From positions 101,885 through 165,884 of the forward strand of contig JBMNKP010000004.1 of NCBI GenBank assembly GCA_050952265.1: a stretch of 64,000 nucleotides of DNA, written 5' to 3'. The notes beneath the pieces were generated by a model. The model worked only from the letters and a program-made list of their open reading frames with translations. It did no database searches and had not been told where the DNA came from. Position 1 is the first letter of the stretch. Every line of letters begins with the position of its first letter. Source of the DNA: Limnochordia bacterium (GTDB taxonomy: Bacteria > Bacillota > Limnochordia > Darwinibacteriales > Darwinibacteriaceae). Shown piece after piece: positions 60,818-64,000 of this stretch. The translations under genes and the position numbers were made by a program.

Positions 60818-61777
60818 CTACTCATAGCGGATGCGCGGATCGGCCAGGGCGTAAGAAATGTCTGCGACGATGCTTCCCAAGAAGATGAGCACGGCAAACA
60901 TCATGTCGATCCCCATGATCACCGGATAATTCCGCTCATTGACCGCCTGGATGGCCAGTGAACCTAGACCGGGCCAAGCAAAGATGCTTTCCACGATGAC
61001 TGCTCCCGAAAAGATGCCCGGGATCATGAACCCGAGCAGGGTGAGGATTGGCAGAAGGGCGTTGCGCAGCGCGTGTTTGTAGACAACCAGGCGCTCCGGA
61101 AGTCCCTTTGCCCGGGCGGTGCGCAGGTAATCCTGGTTGATCACCTCCAGGAGGCTCGCCCGCATGTACCGTGCCACCCCGGCGATGCTTGCCAGACCCA
61201 AGGTGAGCGACGGCAGGAGAAGGTAAGACACGTATCCCGCCAGAGTGCGGGCCTCACCCGCCATGAAGAACCCGCCCGCCGGCAGAACATTCAGCTTCAA
61301 GGCAAATACATAAAGCAGGATGAGTCCGAAAAAGAAACTGGGAATGGAAATCCCCACAAAGGCAAAGAAGGTGATGGCATAGTCGAAAACCGAGTACTGG
61401 TAGCGGGCCGACAGGATTCCGATGGGAATGCCGATCCCCCAGCCGAGAACGATGGAAGCTAGGGAAAGGGTGATCGTCGCCGGCATCCTCTCCTTGATCA
61501 GATCCGCCACGGGCCGGCGGGCTGAATCAAAGGATAGGCCCAGGTCAAAACGCAGTACCCGCCCCAACCAGTTCAGGTATTGCACAATAAACGGTTGGTC
61601 CAGGCCAAGCTGCGCTTTGCGCTGCTCGATCACGGAACTGTCCAGATTTGGCACACCCCGCAGATGGGTTACCGGGCTTCCTGGGGCGATGGTGATCACC
61701 AGGTAGAGCAAAAAGCTGAATCCCAGGAGCACTGGGATTCCCTGCAAGAAAATCCGGCGCATAATATACCGCCACAT
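60818..61777 (-). CDS. oppB: Oligopeptide ABC permease OppB/DppB
   Basis: LGLDQP..VQY, DLG.S, QDYLRTARAKGL..HALRNALLP and YALADPRIRY. Confidence 0.93.
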   Translation of the reverse strand: MWRYIMRRIFLQGIPVLLGFSFLLYLVITIAPGSPVTHLRGVPNLDSSVIEQRKAQLGLDQPFIVQYLNWLGRVLRFDLGLSFDSARRPVADLIKERMPATITLSLASIVLGWGIGIPIGILSARYQYSVFDYAITFFAFVGISIPSFFFGLILLYVFALKLNVLPAGGFFMAGEARTLAGYVSYLLLPSLTLGLASIAGVARYMRASLLEVINQDYLRTARAKGLPERLVVYKHALRNALLPILTLLGFMIPGIFSGAVIVESIFAWPGLGSLAIQAVNERNYPVIMGIDMMFAVLIFLGSIVADISYALADPRIRYE

Positions 61778-61844
61778 AAAAGCACCTCCCAGAAAGGGAA
61801 CAGCAGGAAACCTGCTGCTCCCTTCTCTTCCCTCTAGGTTCGAC

Positions 61845-63461
61845 CTAGTCTTCCAGCCAAATCGTGCTCAGCAGTTCCAGATCTACCAGGGGACCAAGCG
61901 GTCCAGGATTGGTGTCGATGCCCTTAACCCGCTGGTTGATGGCACCGATGGTCACACCGTAGCTGAGGAACATGGTGGGCAGTTCCTTGTTGATCAGCTT
62001 CTGCCATTCGGCGTAGATCTCCTTACGCTTTTCCGGATCGGTTTCCGTGCGCCCGGCCTCGATCAAAGCATCGGACTCTTCATTGTAGAAGCCTGGATCG
62101 TTCCACAGCGATGTGGAGTGCCAGATAGAATGCGGATCAGGATCCACGCTCAGGCTCCAGCCCATGGTGAAGGTGTCGAACTGGCGGGCGTCCACCCGGT
62201 CTACGGCAGCGCTGAACTCCATGAACACCAGGTTCACCTTGATACCCAAATCTTCCATGTTCTGCTGGAAGAGGAGAGCCATCTGCTCATTCTGGCGGCT
62301 GCCCTCAGGAACGAGGAACTCGAACTCAAGCTTCATGCCGTCCTTCTGCAGGATGCCGTCGGGCCCCTTGGTCCACCCCGCTTCAGCCAGCAGCTGTGCA
62401 GCCTTTTCGGGGTTGTAATCGTAGGTGTCGATCCCCTCAGTTGTGAAGGCCCACGATGCGGTGGGAACGGGGGCGTTGGCCACGATGCCGAAACCTTCCC
62501 TGATCACATCGACATAGGTCTGGCGGTCAAACCCATAGGTGATGGCCTGACGCACAGCGGCATCGGCAAACCTCTCCTGGCGCATGTTGAAGCAGATGTA
62601 GTTGTAGCTCAGCTCTTCATAGACATATACGTCGATGCCGGGCATCGCCTTGACCTGCTCGTATTGCTCAGGCGAAATGGCGATGAAGTCTACCCGGTTC
62701 TGCTGAAGGTATATGGGGATCGCGTCCTGGGCGACCTTCTGGAAGACGAGTGTGTCGATGTTTGGGGCGCCAAAGAAGTAATCCTTGTTGGCCTCCAAGA
62801 TCACGTGCTGATCAGTCTGGAACTCCACGAACTTGAAGGGGCCGCTTCCGATGGGATGGAGGTTAAACGGAGCCTGCTCCAGCTCGCCCACGGGGATATC
62901 CTCCAGCAGATGCGATGGGAGGATGCCGTAGGTAAAGGTGGAGAGAAGCGGGGCATAGGCCTCTTCAACAGAGAACTTGATGGTGTAGTCATCGATGACC
63001 TCAATGCCTGGCACGGTGTCGGTCTTGCCTTCTTTGTAATCCTTGGCACCCACCAGCTTGTTGAACTGACCGTAGCGCACGCCAGTGTAATCAGGGTGCA
63101 GGATGGTCATGTAGGTGTAGGCAACATCCTTGGCTGTGAGTTCCACTCCATCGTGGAACTTGATGCCTTGATGCAGGTAGAAGGTGATTTCCTTCCCGTC
63201 CTCCGAGATGTCCCATGCCTTGGCGATCATCGGCTGGGGTTGAAGGCTGGCATCGATGTAGATCAAGCCATCGTAGACAACGTCAATGATCAGTCCGTCG
63301 TAGACTTCCGTGTTGAGAATTGGGTTGAACATGCCCCGGGGATTGGTCGTGATCCCGTAGCGGAACGTCCCACCTTGTTTTGGGGCGTCGGCGGCCGACA
63401 CGATAACCGAAAGACTCAAGAGCAGAAACAGCGCAACAACCAGCGGTCTCTTCAAGAACAT
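61845..63461 (-). CDS. oppA: Peptide ABC substrate-binding protein OppA/DppA
   Basis: Signal peptide; F.L..G.KFHDG.ELTA.DV, PIGSGPFK, VRQAI..GFDR and YNPEKA..LL.EAGW. Confidence 0.92.
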   Translation of the reverse strand: MFLKRPLVVALFLLLSLSVIVSAADAPKQGGTFRYGITTNPRGMFNPILNTEVYDGLIIDVVYDGLIYIDASLQPQPMIAKAWDISEDGKEITFYLHQGIKFHDGVELTAKDVAYTYMTILHPDYTGVRYGQFNKLVGAKDYKEGKTDTVPGIEVIDDYTIKFSVEEAYAPLLSTFTYGILPSHLLEDIPVGELEQAPFNLHPIGSGPFKFVEFQTDQHVILEANKDYFFGAPNIDTLVFQKVAQDAIPIYLQQNRVDFIAISPEQYEQVKAMPGIDVYVYEELSYNYICFNMRQERFADAAVRQAITYGFDRQTYVDVIREGFGIVANAPVPTASWAFTTEGIDTYDYNPEKAAQLLAEAGWTKGPDGILQKDGMKLEFEFLVPEGSRQNEQMALLFQQNMEDLGIKVNLVFMEFSAAVDRVDARQFDTFTMGWSLSVDPDPHSIWHSTSLWNDPGFYNEESDALIEAGRTETDPEKRKEIYAEWQKLINKELPTMFLSYGVTIGAINQRVKGIDTNPGPLGPLVDLELLSTIWLED

Positions 63462-63758
63462 ACCCTCCTCGTGCATAATCTTGCACTGTTAGTTCTACCT
63501 CATTTCCCCCATTCCTTCTGAATGATCCCATTTTCCGGCTTTTTCCCATGATCTTAGGAAACGCAACATTTTCGATCGGCTGCCTTAACTGCAAGAAGTC
63601 TCATCGGGAACTCGCCTGAGGCGCCAAACAGCTTGGCACCACCAGGTACAGGAATCTTTTTCGCCGTGGCTCGCCGTCAGTAGGAAAATGGAAAAACCTG
63701 GAGAAATGTGTAACGGAAGGTTCTAGTTCGAGAAGGAAAACCAGAAGGGGGCAGGAAT

Positions 63759-64000
63759 ATGAAGCGATCGGTGCTTGTGTTCATCCTATTGATACTGTTG
63801 ACTGGCAGCGCTCTGGCCAGCGGATCGCTGGACCCGACGATGGCAGTCAGGGAGATGCTGAAACTGTACTGGTCAGGTCAGATCGACGAGGGTCTGAAGC
63901 TCTGGCATCCAGGAGTCGATCAACAGCTGGCCCGCACCTTTGCAGAGGAGATGCATGCCGCGGGGCAGCAGCACGGTTCGCATATCCTTGCAGACAGCCT
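63759..64000 (+). CDS. Secreted hypothetical protein, 3'-truncated by the window edge
   Basis: RBS-preceded ATG and signal peptide MKRSVLVFILLILLTGSALA; frame stays open to the window end. Confidence 0.7.
   Translation, partial: MKRSVLVFILLILLTGSALASGSLDPTMAVREMLKLYWSGQIDEGLKLWHPGVDQQLARTFAEEMHAAGQQHGSHILADS

Noticed and set aside
62118-63521. 467-aa plus-strand ORF
   Set aside because: Antisense to oppA; shadow ORF.
1-64000. tRNA, rRNA, CRISPR array, intact transposase or integrase
   Set aside because: None recognisable by manual reading; tRNAscan-SE and CRISPR finders were not run.

Overview
Chromosomal window from a GC-rich Bacillota (Firmicutes) bacterium, probably an anaerobic spore-former. 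The taxonomy is inferred from the YheC/D, MrfAB, YhaON and purine-riboswitch content and from sigma-A-type promoters. It holds about 50 genes, mostly housekeeping, transport and carbohydrate functions: cls (partial), pepA, an MFS sugar transporter, an oxidative-stress cluster (selenocysteine peroxiredoxin, SQR-like flavoprotein, Mn-type SOD), a sporulation-like cassette around a YheC/D ATP-grasp gene, SOS-boxed mrfAB, a GH43 plus sugar-ABC operon, S9 peptidase, tpx, nitroreductase, four c-di-GMP enzymes, P-II/DUF1538, cellobiose phosphorylase coupled to yhaO-yhaN, a guanine riboswitch with an NCS2 permease, GH8 Rex and oppABC. Features the ORF track misses or splits: (1) a UGA-recoded peroxiredoxin with a SECIS-like hairpin; (2) two decayed group IIC introns, each directly behind a terminator; (3) a ~1167-codon surface lipoprotein gene broken by one in-frame TAA; (4) a stand-alone csrA followed by a GGA-rich leader with a hairpin-loop plus Shine-Dalgarno CsrA-type site pair on that lipoprotein gene, which is my best candidate for an undescribed regulatory module; (5) an orphan double-glycine-leader peptide with a CxxC..CxxC core; (6) two paralogous micro-peptide plus 90-aa cassettes flanking yheC/D. 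I saw no tRNA, rRNA or CRISPR array. All calls come from reading motifs by eye; no database searches were run.
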